Below are positions 34,568 to 45,242 of a stretch of DNA of 64,000 nucleotides, piece by piece. The notes under the pieces are model-generated. The model ran no database searches and was not told the DNA's origin. It saw nothing but the letters and a program-made list of their open reading frames with translations. How positions within the stretch are numbered: the stretch's first letter is position 1; each line of letters begins with the position of its first letter. The DNA is from Eukaryota sp. TZLM1-RC (Eukaryota > Protista > Metamonada: BaSk clade), in assembly GCA_040285825.1 (NCBI GenBank), contig JAUPSS010000007.1:2020689-2084688 (forward strand), in the 5' to 3' direction. A program made the translations under genes and the position numbers.

Positions 34568-37486
34568 CTACTCATACAGACCAGGGAACAACCCCAAAGG
34601 TAGATACCGAGCAACGAAATCTCTTGGTGGAATCTCCTTCCCAACCAATAGAAACTCACTCAATTCATAAACTTTCTCCATAACAATTTCGAATAAGCCA
34701 TCTTTTACTAGATTCAAGTAATAAAGATAAAGTTCTAACGAAGCAGTGGCATCAATAATACTGTCATGCCCACCAGTTTGAATAAGCTTACCTAGCAATA
34801 CAAGACTTAAAAGTTTAAGACTGAGATAACGCCTTCCAGGTAACCTGAACAAAAGAACAGTATCAACTATTTGAAGTGGGGGAATCACAAGATTTAGTAG
34901 ATAAAGATCTTTTTTGATCCCATGACCAACAAAAACAAAACCCTTCAATACCAAATATTTGAGTTTAAGATATGAATTTTTCAAATCACAAAGATACACA
35001 CTACTTCTGTCAGGATCTAAGTCTTGGTGACCCAGACCAGAATACAAGGTCAAAAAGTCCGCTACTGATTCAGTTTGAACAATATGGTCATCCAGAATTG
35101 GAGAGAATCCATCATCTGTTAGCAGCACGGCTGACACTCTACCAACAGAAAGCCTTGGCTGAATGGCTGAACCTCTTTCGAAAAGTTCAACAAATTCACA
35201 ATCAATTCCAACCAAATTGGTGTTGGAATCATCCAAAAAATTGAATGGAATTTTTGAAAAATTCCGAACCTGGTCGAAAAGGGAATTAACAGAGTAATCA
35301 AGTGGAAGGTCAAATCTTGCTTGGATATCAGAGAATTGACGACACGAGACTAGCGGATTGAACTGAAAAAATGATTGAAATTGTGGTTTTTTCATATACT
35401 TTAGACAGACTAGCTTTAAAAAGCTTGGAATGGTTGCAAACTCTTTGAAGTTGATATATTCCAAGTAAAAATCGTTACAGAAAACAAAATCATGGTCATA
35501 TTGTCTAAATCTGAGAGGAATACGATAAACACCAACAAAATGATTGTTATTGACTGCAAAGATGGCAAAATCCAACCAATAACAGTCGCTTGATTGAACT
35601 TCCTGAGGTCTTAATTGACCCTTAGAATTAATAGAAAAGAACTGTGGAAAATGAGGACCTTTCAGCATCTTGTTAAAAGAAACTTGATTTTCAGTCATGT
35701 CAATCACAAAACAATCGGGGAAAGGTCCACTAGTGGCAGAAAAGTTTCTAGAAATTAACTCCAATGGCCAGGTAAGAGCTCTGCAAACAGAATTAATGAA
35801 CAAATCCTGTTTGAGTTCAATGAGATCGTTATCAGTAAATTCTTCAATAAAATACCTCAAAAAGAAGCTGAATGATTGGCCATCATCAAATGAATGAATT
35901 TCGAAGCTATTCTCTAGTAGATGCATAGCTACTGACAATATTGTTCTTGGACAAACTAAGTTTCCATCAGAAAGGGTGAACTTGGACAACACGGATCCTC
36001 CAAAACCTCTGCAAGAAGTATCCATTTGCTCAAAAAGCTGCAAGCATTCACAAAGCAAGCAGAAGGATAAATGGCAATGGTGGCGATCCGCAAACAGCCT
36101 GAAACTATCATCAAAGTAGAGACTAAAGAGAATTGGAATTAAGCAACTATAAGGTAATTGATTCTCAATTCCAGAAAAAGCAGTGGAATTCCATAAAGTC
36201 CAATCAAATTCGTTGATTAAATCAAAATTTTTGTAATGCTTCCTGTATTTGAAGGGCAAATCTTCAGCAATTGGTTCAACAACCACTGGTTCTCTTATGA
36301 ATTCATATCCAAGTACTTTGCCTGAAAACGACATTGTTTTGTAGGGAAAAGTACCGTCTGAAGGATCAAAAGGAGAATTAACAATACGATTGAATTCAAG
36401 AGAAAATTCAGGATTTGAAAACTTAATGACCGGTTGGGACAATGAAAGAGCTCCATTTGGTAAATCCAGAACTTTGGAAACACTTTGATTGGTTAATGAT
36501 AAAGTGCCACGTAATGTATCGTTGTCACATGGTGGAGGATCAGGTTTGGCAGGAAATTCAAATTCACGTCGAGTAGAAGTAACAAATGGAGTACCTGTAT
36601 TATAGATGGAACACTTACCTTCTGCATCAACCAATGCTAGCAACTGTTTACTGGGCGAGATGGAAAATCCAGAAGTTCTTTTTCTCCAGGATTGCGGAAA
36701 AGGTACAGAGATTCTGGAAGTAGAGAGTGAAAGGGTTGCAAATGAACAATTATAGTTGATAGAGACAACATCAGAGACAGATTTGAAGAAAAAGTCCACT
36801 GATTGGGGGAGTGAATGGTGATGTAGAGGAGAGGAAGGGAAGCGAAGATCATAAATGGAAAAATTGTGAGAGTTGGTGTGTCGGTCAAAAGTAGAGAGAG
36901 CACCAAGTAAGTTGTCTTCAATACGAATGGATGTCACAGAGGAGTTGATCTCCTGGATTTCAAGTGACTTTTGGAAAGTATTTTTGTCTAAAGCAATGAG
37001 TCTACCTTCCTTGTAACCCAAGTAGATTGACTGATTGGTGTTGAGGATGGATGATATAGAAGTTGAATAGAGATATGAGCATGGTTGGAGGTCATTGAAT
37101 AGGCAGATTCCTCTCGAGAAGTTGACAAGCTGAGAAGAGTTTTCCACAGACAAAATCCTTGCCTGGCCGAATTTGGTTGGAAAACATGATGTACAGTTAC
37201 GAAAGTACAATGATCCAGACGGGAAAAGACCATGATTGAAGAGGTGAAGTGATTTAGAACAAAGTGCAACACTTCCAGATGCTGATGTATGAAGATTCAC
37301 CAGTACTGAATCTTCTACAAAAACAGGAAATGAGCAAATTCGACGCAGAGATGGAATAGACAAAGAGAAAGCATTACCTTCAGCGTTGGATCCATATAGA
37401 AGCTCGTAATGTTGTGAGAAGGATACATGATATGAACCTATAGCAGAATGATCAAGATCAAAGGTGGAAAGGTGTTGCCAGTCCAT
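34568..37486 (-). CDS. PAN2: PAN2 poly(A) nuclease catalytic subunit
   Basis: N-terminal beta-propeller-like region, UCH-like domain (WNSTAFSGIENQLPYS; HHCHLSFCLLCE), and DEDDh exonuclease (VGIDCEFV, FVGHGIKKD, HDSIIDA). Confidence 0.9.
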   Translation of the reverse strand: MDWQHLSTFDLDHSAIGSYHVSFSQHYELLYGSNAEGNAFSLSIPSLRRICSFPVFVEDSVLVNLHTSASGSVALCSKSLHLFNHGLFPSGSLYFRNCTSCFPTKFGQARILSVENSSQLVNFSRGICLFNDLQPCSYLYSTSISSILNTNQSIYLGYKEGRLIALDKNTFQKSLEIQEINSSVTSIRIEDNLLGALSTFDRHTNSHNFSIYDLRFPSSPLHHHSLPQSVDFFFKSVSDVVSINYNCSFATLSLSTSRISVPFPQSWRKRTSGFSISPSKQLLALVDAEGKCSIYNTGTPFVTSTRREFEFPAKPDPPPCDNDTLRGTLSLTNQSVSKVLDLPNGALSLSQPVIKFSNPEFSLEFNRIVNSPFDPSDGTFPYKTMSFSGKVLGYEFIREPVVVEPIAEDLPFKYRKHYKNFDLINEFDWTLWNSTAFSGIENQLPYSCLIPILFSLYFDDSFRLFADRHHCHLSFCLLCECLQLFEQMDTSCRGFGGSVLSKFTLSDGNLVCPRTILSVAMHLLENSFEIHSFDDGQSFSFFLRYFIEEFTDNDLIELKQDLFINSVCRALTWPLELISRNFSATSGPFPDCFVIDMTENQVSFNKMLKGPHFPQFFSINSKGQLRPQEVQSSDCYWLDFAIFAVNNNHFVGVYRIPLRFRQYDHDFVFCNDFYLEYINFKEFATIPSFLKLVCLKYMKKPQFQSFFQFNPLVSCRQFSDIQARFDLPLDYSVNSLFDQVRNFSKIPFNFLDDSNTNLVGIDCEFVELFERGSAIQPRLSVGRVSAVLLTDDGFSPILDDHIVQTESVADFLTLYSGLGHQDLDPDRSSVYLCDLKNSYLKLKYLVLKGFVFVGHGIKKDLYLLNLVIPPLQIVDTVLLFRLPGRRYLSLKLLSLVLLGKLIQTGGHDSIIDATASLELYLYYLNLVKDGLFEIVMEKVYELSEFLLVGKEIPPRDFVARYLPLGLFPGLYE

Positions 37487-37539
37487 CGTGGAGAGTAGTG
37501 TTGTGATATCCTATAACAAGTGATAGTTCTGATCACTTG

Positions 37540-38436
37540 TCATTTGTAAGGGTTGTAACATCCGGTGATAGCTTTTGCAGCTTCCAACTCAGCGTCTACA
37601 CAACCATTGAATGATGGCAAATAGTTTACATCAACAACAAAGTATTGAGAACCATCATAGATCATATCAAATCCAAAGAAGGAAAGGTGGTAACTGTTTA
37701 TTAAAAACTGAGAATACAACCTCAATGTTGAATCAGTTGACTTGGGTATAGTGGAGACGCTTTTTGTACTTGACGAATCAAAAATCAACAGCCCATTCTT
37801 GATAAAAGGCTGGTTACTGGAACAAGATGCCCATGTAACAAATTCTAGAGGTTCACTTTTAGTGACAATGACATAGACTTTAATAAACGTTCCATGAATG
37901 AAACATTGTATAACACAATCTCCACAAGGAAGTAGCTCACTATTACTTACTGCAATTTGGTTAACCTGGCCGTTCAGTATTGCAAGCTGATGTGCACGTG
38001 GGCTTCCTACAGCCAAATTTGATTTAATAATAACAGTATCACAGCTAAATTGATGTTTAGCTGTGATGATATCAGTAAGCCATAAACATGGATCATTCGC
38101 TAAAGAAGCCACAATAGTTTTAGGTATTTGTAATCCAGGTGGAAGTTTATCAGATAAAAACAAAGCATCAAACATGGTACGTCGATAGGAAACTGGCATG
38201 ATGTAGTGAATTGGATCAATAACACGCCTGGATGACTTTGTGAATGATATTAGATGTTGATCAAAATGACGAAAATTGTGATGGTTGAGTTTGTGGATAA
38301 GTACATCAATATTAGGTGGAAGCTTCAAGGTTGTATAACAATCAAGGAACACCACATGGTGATGATTAAGTTGGAGGAAGTCTCTAAGATTTAAAAGAAA
38401 GGAACTCATCTTATTGACTAAGATGCAAACATGCAT
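37540..38436 (-). CDS. ITPK1: Inositol-tetrakisphosphate 1-kinase-like ATP-grasp enzyme
   Basis: DVLIHKL, VIDPI, AVGSPRAHQLAI, VIQCFIH..IKVYV and LSFFGFDMI..YFVVDVNYLPSF. Confidence 0.8.
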   Translation of the reverse strand: MHVCILVNKMSSFLLNLRDFLQLNHHHVVFLDCYTTLKLPPNIDVLIHKLNHHNFRHFDQHLISFTKSSRRVIDPIHYIMPVSYRRTMFDALFLSDKLPPGLQIPKTIVASLANDPCLWLTDIITAKHQFSCDTVIIKSNLAVGSPRAHQLAILNGQVNQIAVSNSELLPCGDCVIQCFIHGTFIKVYVIVTKSEPLEFVTWASCSSNQPFIKNGLLIFDSSSTKSVSTIPKSTDSTLRLYSQFLINSYHLSFFGFDMIYDGSQYFVVDVNYLPSFNGCVDAELEAAKAITGCYNPYK

Positions 38437-38554
38437 TTAGAAGTTGTGAGAATAGTGTTTAAAATTAACACGTGTTAACACAGCACATGGCATAATATGT
38501 TTTTCAAAATTGTGTTCTTATCACTTAAATTAATTTATAAGTTTTAATTAATTT

Positions 38555-39815
38555 AATTTATTGAACTTGCGAACTTAAAAAAACAAACTCATAACTAATG
38601 GGACGAATATCATTGAACCAAGATTTCCGCTACAAAATCTTGATCTGCTTGATGTCTAGCTAAAGCTTCTCTAATTCCATTGAAAAACCGAGCAAACCAT
38701 TTATAATGGCAAATTGAATCCGAGAGCGCCATAAACAAATATCAAATCTTTTAATTGTGTTTTCTTGAACCATGTTTTGGAAGTCATTCAAAAAGTTTCT
38801 GCTTCTACTGATAGTCTTCCGTTTATCGAAAATGGGAAAGCAATAAAAACTAGCTGTGTATTTCTACCGGCATTAGCTTCTTCAATATCTTTATCATATT
38901 TTCTATGTTTTTCTTTTGCTTTAAAATCAAGAGCACTTACAGGATTAAGTTTTCTTCTGTGAACCAAAGTATCATTTGCAACATTACATGAGACAAAGTC
39001 AACAATAGCTTCAAAGTTATCAATCCAATCACAGTATACATCACCTGTATAATCAGAACTAAAATTATTCAGAGAAGGTGTTTCCTTCAGCAGAGGCTCT
39101 TTGATACACGATATTCTTGCAGTTTGTGCCATATCGAAAACAGTGTCTCTAACAGCATCATGTAATGAAGAACGATAAGTTATCAATTTAGAACAATTCA
39201 GAGCATGACGCAAAGTGAGTTGAGGTGAATTCGAACAAATACATTTTTCTTTTGATAATAATTGATTAATGGGGATATTCAAATATAATCTCATTTTTGT
39301 TACAAATGCTTCATTAGTGGCACACAATCCAAATCTTTGTGGTACAATAAGTACAAAAAGTGAAGAATCTGATGACTTGTTTTCACAAACACTCTTTTCC
39401 AATAACAATGAGTGAAGATCTTGATTTAAAACAGCCGAGCTTCATATATTATTATAGAGATCTTTTTTATACATTCCAGTCAATCGTTTCTGTAATGTTC
39501 GAAGAGTGTATTTGAAATTAAATAATTCATTTCGGGATTATTGAATTGAATGATTGGGGAAAGCATCAGCTCCATTTGTCCACATCAATTTTTGAAATTT
39601 CTTCATTTAATGCAAAATAGTAGAACTTTACGTTGTCATCAATAAATAATCCCAATTGGCAAATGTTTCAGAAGACTCATATATTGCATTTTTGCAGCCA
39701 CCGATAAAAGCAGATGAAGTAAGAATAGAGGCCTTTGTCCAACCTCAACCGCCATAATGTGGACTAAGATAAGCATGATCAGGAATTTGCAACATTTTAC
39801 ATCCCAATAATTGCC
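38555..39815 (-). mobile_element. 5'-truncated RLE non-LTR family A copy
   Basis: Highly similar to 16305-17371 plus 18622-18820, without the nested insertion. Confidence 0.88.
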
Positions 39816-40069
39816 TGGCTATAATTGTTCTTATCAGTACAAAATTTAATCAAAATTTGCTATTTAGCCTAAACCGTTTTTTACAAGCTAACGACCGTCA
39901 TTTTTTATTTCGATTTTTTATTCCAAAGCAAGTATGCTAGCGTTGAAAACACATACCCCTTAAAACAACACCCTTATTTACATATGGCTTTTCAAATTCC
40001 TCATCACCTTTCCAGAAATTGCACCGTTTATGGATGAATCTTATAAGACTTTAACCTTTTGGTCTCTGT

Positions 40070-40420
40070 ATCTTGCCAAAAACACTAAAATTGATAAATA
40101 TAAAAAAAAGTTGCTATCCTTGAAAACTGAATTGCATACTTATTATGTCCTTTGTCCGTATGCTTTTCCTTACTCAGCACGCTTGGACCACTTGCTTTAT
40201 CATTCTCGGATGATTTCGTTGAAATTGTAAAACAACCTACAGGAAAATTCTTTACCAAATTCTTTTGCTGTGGCAGAACAGAATTATTTTTTTCAATTTT
40301 GAAAGGTGTTGTCTCTTTGTTATCTTTTGCCTTTCTATTTTTTGGTCGTTTTTATGAAAAAAAAACTTTCCAGTCAATTCGTTTTGGCTGATTTGGGGTA
40401 TGAAGATTTAGAATTTTAAG
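40070..40420 (+). mobile_element. Degenerate 3' fragment of an RLE non-LTR element related to family B
   Basis: KIDKY..YVLCPYAF/SLLSTLGPLALSFSDDFVEIVKQPTG..WQNRIIF...EDLEF across frames. Confidence 0.65.
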
Positions 40421-41009
40421 TTTGTTGTTTAGCTTCTTGTTGGAAGCAATTGAAAAGAGTTTTCTCAAAAAATAGGTGTTCAATTGTGTGCATCAATTAT
40501 TCCTTCGGGTCCAAAAAATGGATGAAAACCCAACTCTAAAACCTAATTCCAGAGTCGTGAACTTGAGTCACTATCACTGCTCAAGCTGTTGGTATGGTAA
40601 GTGTTATGCAGACACATTTTCAAGTTCTTGCTCAACCAGTCTTGATACTATCCTTAGTATCAGTTAAGTAACCTGATCACTGCTGAACATTATTAAGTCC
40701 AATAAGGAAATCAAAATTGAGAGGCATTTTGAGAAACAATGAACACAGAAAGTGGAAAAGATTTGGGCGGTTGCTTGAAAATTTGGGAAATTTTATGTTC
40801 TCCGAAAAGAAATAATTTTTCAGGGTAATTTCTTAGTTTACCACTGTCATTTAAAACAATTTCTTCAGTTGTAACTGTTTTAAGAAAAAAAATAGTTGAG
40901 GTAGTTTAAGTAACGCGTAGTATAGTGTTTATTTACATCTTGCTGATGGTTTATCTTTTTATAGATGCAAATGGTTGTGATTAAATGAGATTTTATTGTT
41001 GACTGACTG

Positions 41010-43483
41010 ATTATTTTTCGACTGACATATTCACGCCAATGGCAAATCCAGAGTTGCCACGTCGAGGCCGTGTACTCCCTTGGGAGGTTATCTATCCTGA
41101 AAAAATACAACCGTTGCTGCAGCAGTCGCAAAATTCTTCGCCTGTGCTGCAAGATAGGCAATGGAGCGACAGTTTCGCTACAAACAAAATGTCAGCGTCT
41201 AGGCACGTCGTTTTGATCAGTATTTTATACTGATGTATCCGCAGGTGGATCACTAGTTGTATTATCAACAGTTCAGGTATCAGTGTCAGTACTTTGTGAT
41301 GTTGGTCAATCCTCCAGTGCAACGACCTTTTCAGAACCACCACGAGGTCTACGAAACCACCCAACTAGGTGGTATTTTCCCCCTCTGGTATGTGATAGAG
41401 GGACTGACAACTGGTGTCATTCTGACATCCTGAGCTTTTGCGCTTTTTAAATGGCGAACAGCTTCTGTCAAATATTGACATATGCCCCAGTTGTATGGAA
41501 GCTCAACTTCTATAAAATCAAGGTAGTCCTTTTTGATTGTGATTCTTGAAAGGGATATATTGCTGCCGTTCTCAAAGATGGAGCCGTTTCTGAGCAGCTA
41601 CTTGGTTGGTATGAATATGAGCAACATCATGTTTACATCACTGATTTTATTACCCAACAAGTAGGTCACGCTGCTGGGTTTTAAGCCCCCTTGGAAGAAA
41701 CAGACCTCCAACTGAACGATCAATCGATGACCTTCATCTTCTCGGCCGACCCCCGTATTTTGTCCTTTTTCGAGAATATGCCCAGTGAAACTAGGAAAAG
41801 GCATGCTATGGCTGTTTCCGCCAGTTACTCTTCTATATTTATTTCTCTCAGACAACAATTGGAAAAGCACTGCTTACGTTTGGACCCAGCCCAACAACTT
41901 CTGATGAACCCATTCAAACACTTCAACAAGAAGAGATCTGTCAATCTAAGATCTAAGCCAAAAAACAGACATTCATTTGACAGACCTGGTAAAGGCCATG
42001 TGTATGAGAAGCTCGAGCGTACTCTACATCATGGTCGTTTGCTGTCTTGTTCTTGTCAAGAACAGGTCACAATCATGCACTACCCACTAGTAGGCCTCTA
42101 CAACAACTAGTGGATGCAAAGTGCCCCAGCCATAACTACCCTACACCAGCCACTTTTGCTTGCTCTGTACTTCACAACAACACGAACTTTGGGGAACCTC
42201 TTCTTTCTTGGTTCAACACACACCATACAATGGCTTTCACTCTGTTTAACTTTTTGGTTAGTGATGCTCAAAAGTGCAACACTCTTCTTTCTTCCCGAAG
42301 AGTGACTCTTAATCAAGGGAACAGTACCTACATCTTTCGTTGCGGATTAACAATCCAAAACCACCTCGAGCAAGCCTTTCCGCTAACCTTCAGACGACAG
42401 AGACTCACCCCTATTTCTGGTTTGAAGCCTGCTTTTGTTCCTTTTTCCACTGAGGTTCTCAACGACTTTATCTCCAAAAACACATCACAAACAATTTTGA
42501 AAACCCCTTATTAATTTTTCAGAACAAAAGCTAAGGACTACACCATGTCTTCTAAAGGTGATAGTGTCCATAAAACTTTCACACCCGAACCAAAAGCAAC
42601 ACGAGTGAGAAGCCTGTCTGGAGAAGCCTTGGCTGATAAGAGATCTAGAAGGGAACTTGATTAATACGAAACCACTCGGAATAGAAAACATACCCTGCAA
42701 GCCAGGGTTGAACGGCCACGACCTCGCCAGAAACCAAAAGCTACTGAGTGGCAGGCACCTGATGACGAAATGGAAATGGTGTTCTGGGCCATCGACCCCA
42801 ACCACTCAAATCTATGTGGTTCCAGCACTGGAACACGTTCAGGACCGCATCCAATATCTTCTTGGCACCAAAGCAGCAAAAATCAATCACTCCACTTCAC
42901 TGACCCACTCATCAATAGATGTTTATGACATGAAGAAATTTAACCATTATCTGCTTAAAATATCAACTATCGTTGACTACAAGGATTATGAAGGTGATAA
43001 CGTAAGACGATCAATGCTAAAGCAGCAATTATATGTGAGTGCTCGAAAAGCATTGAGAAGAAACACATTCGACTTCTTTATAAGAAAACAAAATCTCAAT
43101 TATCAACAAAGTGAAAAAATTTGCAAACGATCGAGAAGTAAAGGTGTGGTTTGGCAATGGAGGTGGTAGTACATCACGTCAAAAAATGAAAAACTCCACG
43201 TAAGGCGTTTCTCAAGTTGTTAAAATGTTCATTTGCTAATGTGAAGATCGGAGATGAATATATGACATCTAGAAAGGTGAACTGCTGCAAGATGCTACAC
43301 CAAAAGATCTATCGAGAAGTTGACGGTGAAGTTAAAGTTCACAACGCCTGTTTCAGTTGTCCGGAATGTAATCAAGTTTGGTCTAGAGATATTTCTGTAT
43401 AACTAAATCAGCTAAAAATTGCAATTAGTGAGCACTACTGAGGAACAAGACCAGAAGCGTTCCAGAGACCACAAAGAAACTAG
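41010..43483 (+). pseudogene. Decayed Fanzor1 (TnpB-derived RNA-guided endonuclease), locus A; motif-supported part 42390-43475, upstream extent tentative
   Basis: Across frames: RLTPISGLKPAFVPFSTEVL, DYTMSSKGDSVHKTF, RuvC-I VFWAIDPN (Asp 42794), LYVSARKALRRNTFDFFIRKQ, VWFGNG, RuvC-II IGDEYMTSRKVNCC, Zn finger CPEC, RuvC-III WSRDISV*LN and terminal GTRPEAFQRP. Confidence 0.8.
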
Positions 43484-43651
43484 CTTCAGAGCTGCGTATT
43501 GTTCTAGAGGAGAAATGGGCTCACTGAGATTGGTGGCCAATTATTCGAGGATTCTAGAACGTCTGTGGACGATCTCACCAAGGATGAAAGTTCTTGGAAT
43601 AAGTTTGAATGATGTTTAACGAAAGTATACATTTCAAATGAAAACTATAAC
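43484..43651 (+). ncRNA. Candidate omegaRNA scaffold of Fanzor locus A
   Basis: Stem gttctaga/tctagaac (43501-08 / 43553-60). Possible pseudoknot tgagat/atctca (43525-30 / 43572-77). Two GAAA-capped hairpins (43578-43597 and 43604-43638). Confidence 0.5.
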
Positions 43652-43752
43652 GACAGCAAGCAAATCAAGATTTTGTAGAGGAAATCTTGGTTTAATGATA
43701 GTCGTCCCATTAGTTATGATTTAATTTAATCAAGTGTGCAAATTCAATAAAT
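43652..43752 (+). mobile_element. ~100-bp 3' terminal fragment of RLE non-LTR family A
   Basis: Matches the reverse complement of ~16307-16407 (gacagcaagcaaatcaag...aattcaataaat). Confidence 0.88.
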
Positions 43753-43766
43753 ACGAAACCATAATC

Positions 43767-44819
43767 GGGTGATTTTCAAAAATGCTCACGTTTTCACTTT
43801 GCAATTTCAAAAATGCTCACGTTTCGGGCTATCTTTGCTTATATTCCATCAGTCATTCTCCTGACACTGCTACTTTCAGTTGAGGTTATACTAACATTAA
43901 AATCACCTATACGAAGAGTTTATATCACTTTAGAGCTGATAAAGACCATTTGTCATCAAGTGTTTATTTTTAATACTAGTCTATGCTACATCGTCATTCA
44001 GCAAGTCGAAATGATTTCCCATGTTTGAGGCTGGATGAACATCGTCCACGTCGATAAGTTCTGCGGCATTGTCCTGCTGAAACAAGGACAACCAATCATC
44101 TTGTACCAGTGCAACTCTTTAGTAGGAGTTTTTGTAATACTCCAAACTATGAATTTTAGCTATACCATCAAATGGCACAACATGCTTCTTTAAATAAACA
44201 GCCAAACTGCGAGTACATGGGTATCCATCATTTTGCCACCCATTACAACAATATTTTTTGCTGATAAAGTCTACCATGTGTGTACTATTTTCAAACCACA
44301 CAACTTTATATACACTGTCATTGCTGGCCATATTTGCAATATATTCTGCATTTGCAGCCGTGTTGGTGGTAGAGATTGTTCCAAAGCATGTATGAGAAGA
44401 AAAGGCATTTATTTTAAAGTTAGGGTGTGTATCTGTTGCGACCTTACTAGATTTAGAGCGTCTTCCAGGTCTAGTCCATGTACTACGCAATTCGAAAGTA
44501 CAGGTGGGATCTTTACACTTCAGGAACCATGCATCTGGTGTAGTGTTGTCGACCATTGCTTCAGCACCATGATGTAAGTTGCACGTACTAACGGCAAGTT
44601 TAAGCATATCATTAGAGTCAAGCACAGTTCCAGGTTTCAATGCATCGTTAGACTCATGATGAAGGCGCATCAGCTCTTCTTAGGCTTTGTTCTCGACCAT
44701 AGTGTTCAGATTGGAGAAAGGAAGGGGAAATTAGACACAATGGAAAAAGATTTGAATGAAAGATTTGAGTAGATTTGAAAGAAGGGGGGGGACAAAACGT
44801 GAGCATTTTTGTAATTAAC
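43767..44819 (-). mobile_element. Internally deleted Mutator-like (MULE/MuDR) DNA transposon
   Basis: Imperfect TIRs around caaaaatgctcacgtttt; flanks accataatc / accataata (9-bp TSD, 8/9). ORF 44119-44670 has a MuDR-type C..C..HTC DNA-binding motif and a SWIM-like CCNGWQNDGYPC, but no DDE core. Confidence 0.72.
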
Positions 44820-44864
44820 ACCATAATAAACCTTACCTGTTTTAGACACAAATTCCTATCTTGA

Positions 44865-45242
44865 ATGAGTCAACCTACCAAAGAGAAGAAGCCATCCGAA
44901 CCTCTGGATCTTGTCAAATTTAATGCTATTTTATCTGAGTCCATCAAAAAGGAAAACTGCTTTGTGTGTCCTCCTTCTTCCGTGAGGATTACTGCAACAC
45001 AGAAGGATTACATTTCCCCCAAACCTAATCATGTACAGCCTTCAGCGAATGGCCAGGTCAACTCTTCTCCACCATCTTCACCGTTGTTGAAAACAGGTTC
45101 TTTACCTGCTCCTTCCTCACACAACATTGTTTCGTACAACTCTTCACTGGATTGGTGTCGCCCACATCCTCGTCAAAATAGACCTATACGCTCCAACGAA
45201 ATAACCAAATTTGCTGAGGCAGAGAAGGCTTCTAGATGTTGA
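44865..45242 (+). CDS. Small protein resembling FAM183/CFAP144 ciliary microtubule inner proteins
   Basis: DLVKFNAILSESIKKE...KP...RPIRSNEITKFAE pattern, recognised by eye only. Confidence 0.45.
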   Translation: MSQPTKEKKPSEPLDLVKFNAILSESIKKENCFVCPPSSVRITATQKDYISPKPNHVQPSANGQVNSSPPSSPLLKTGSLPAPSSHNIVSYNSSLDWCRPHPRQNRPIRSNEITKFAEAEKASRC

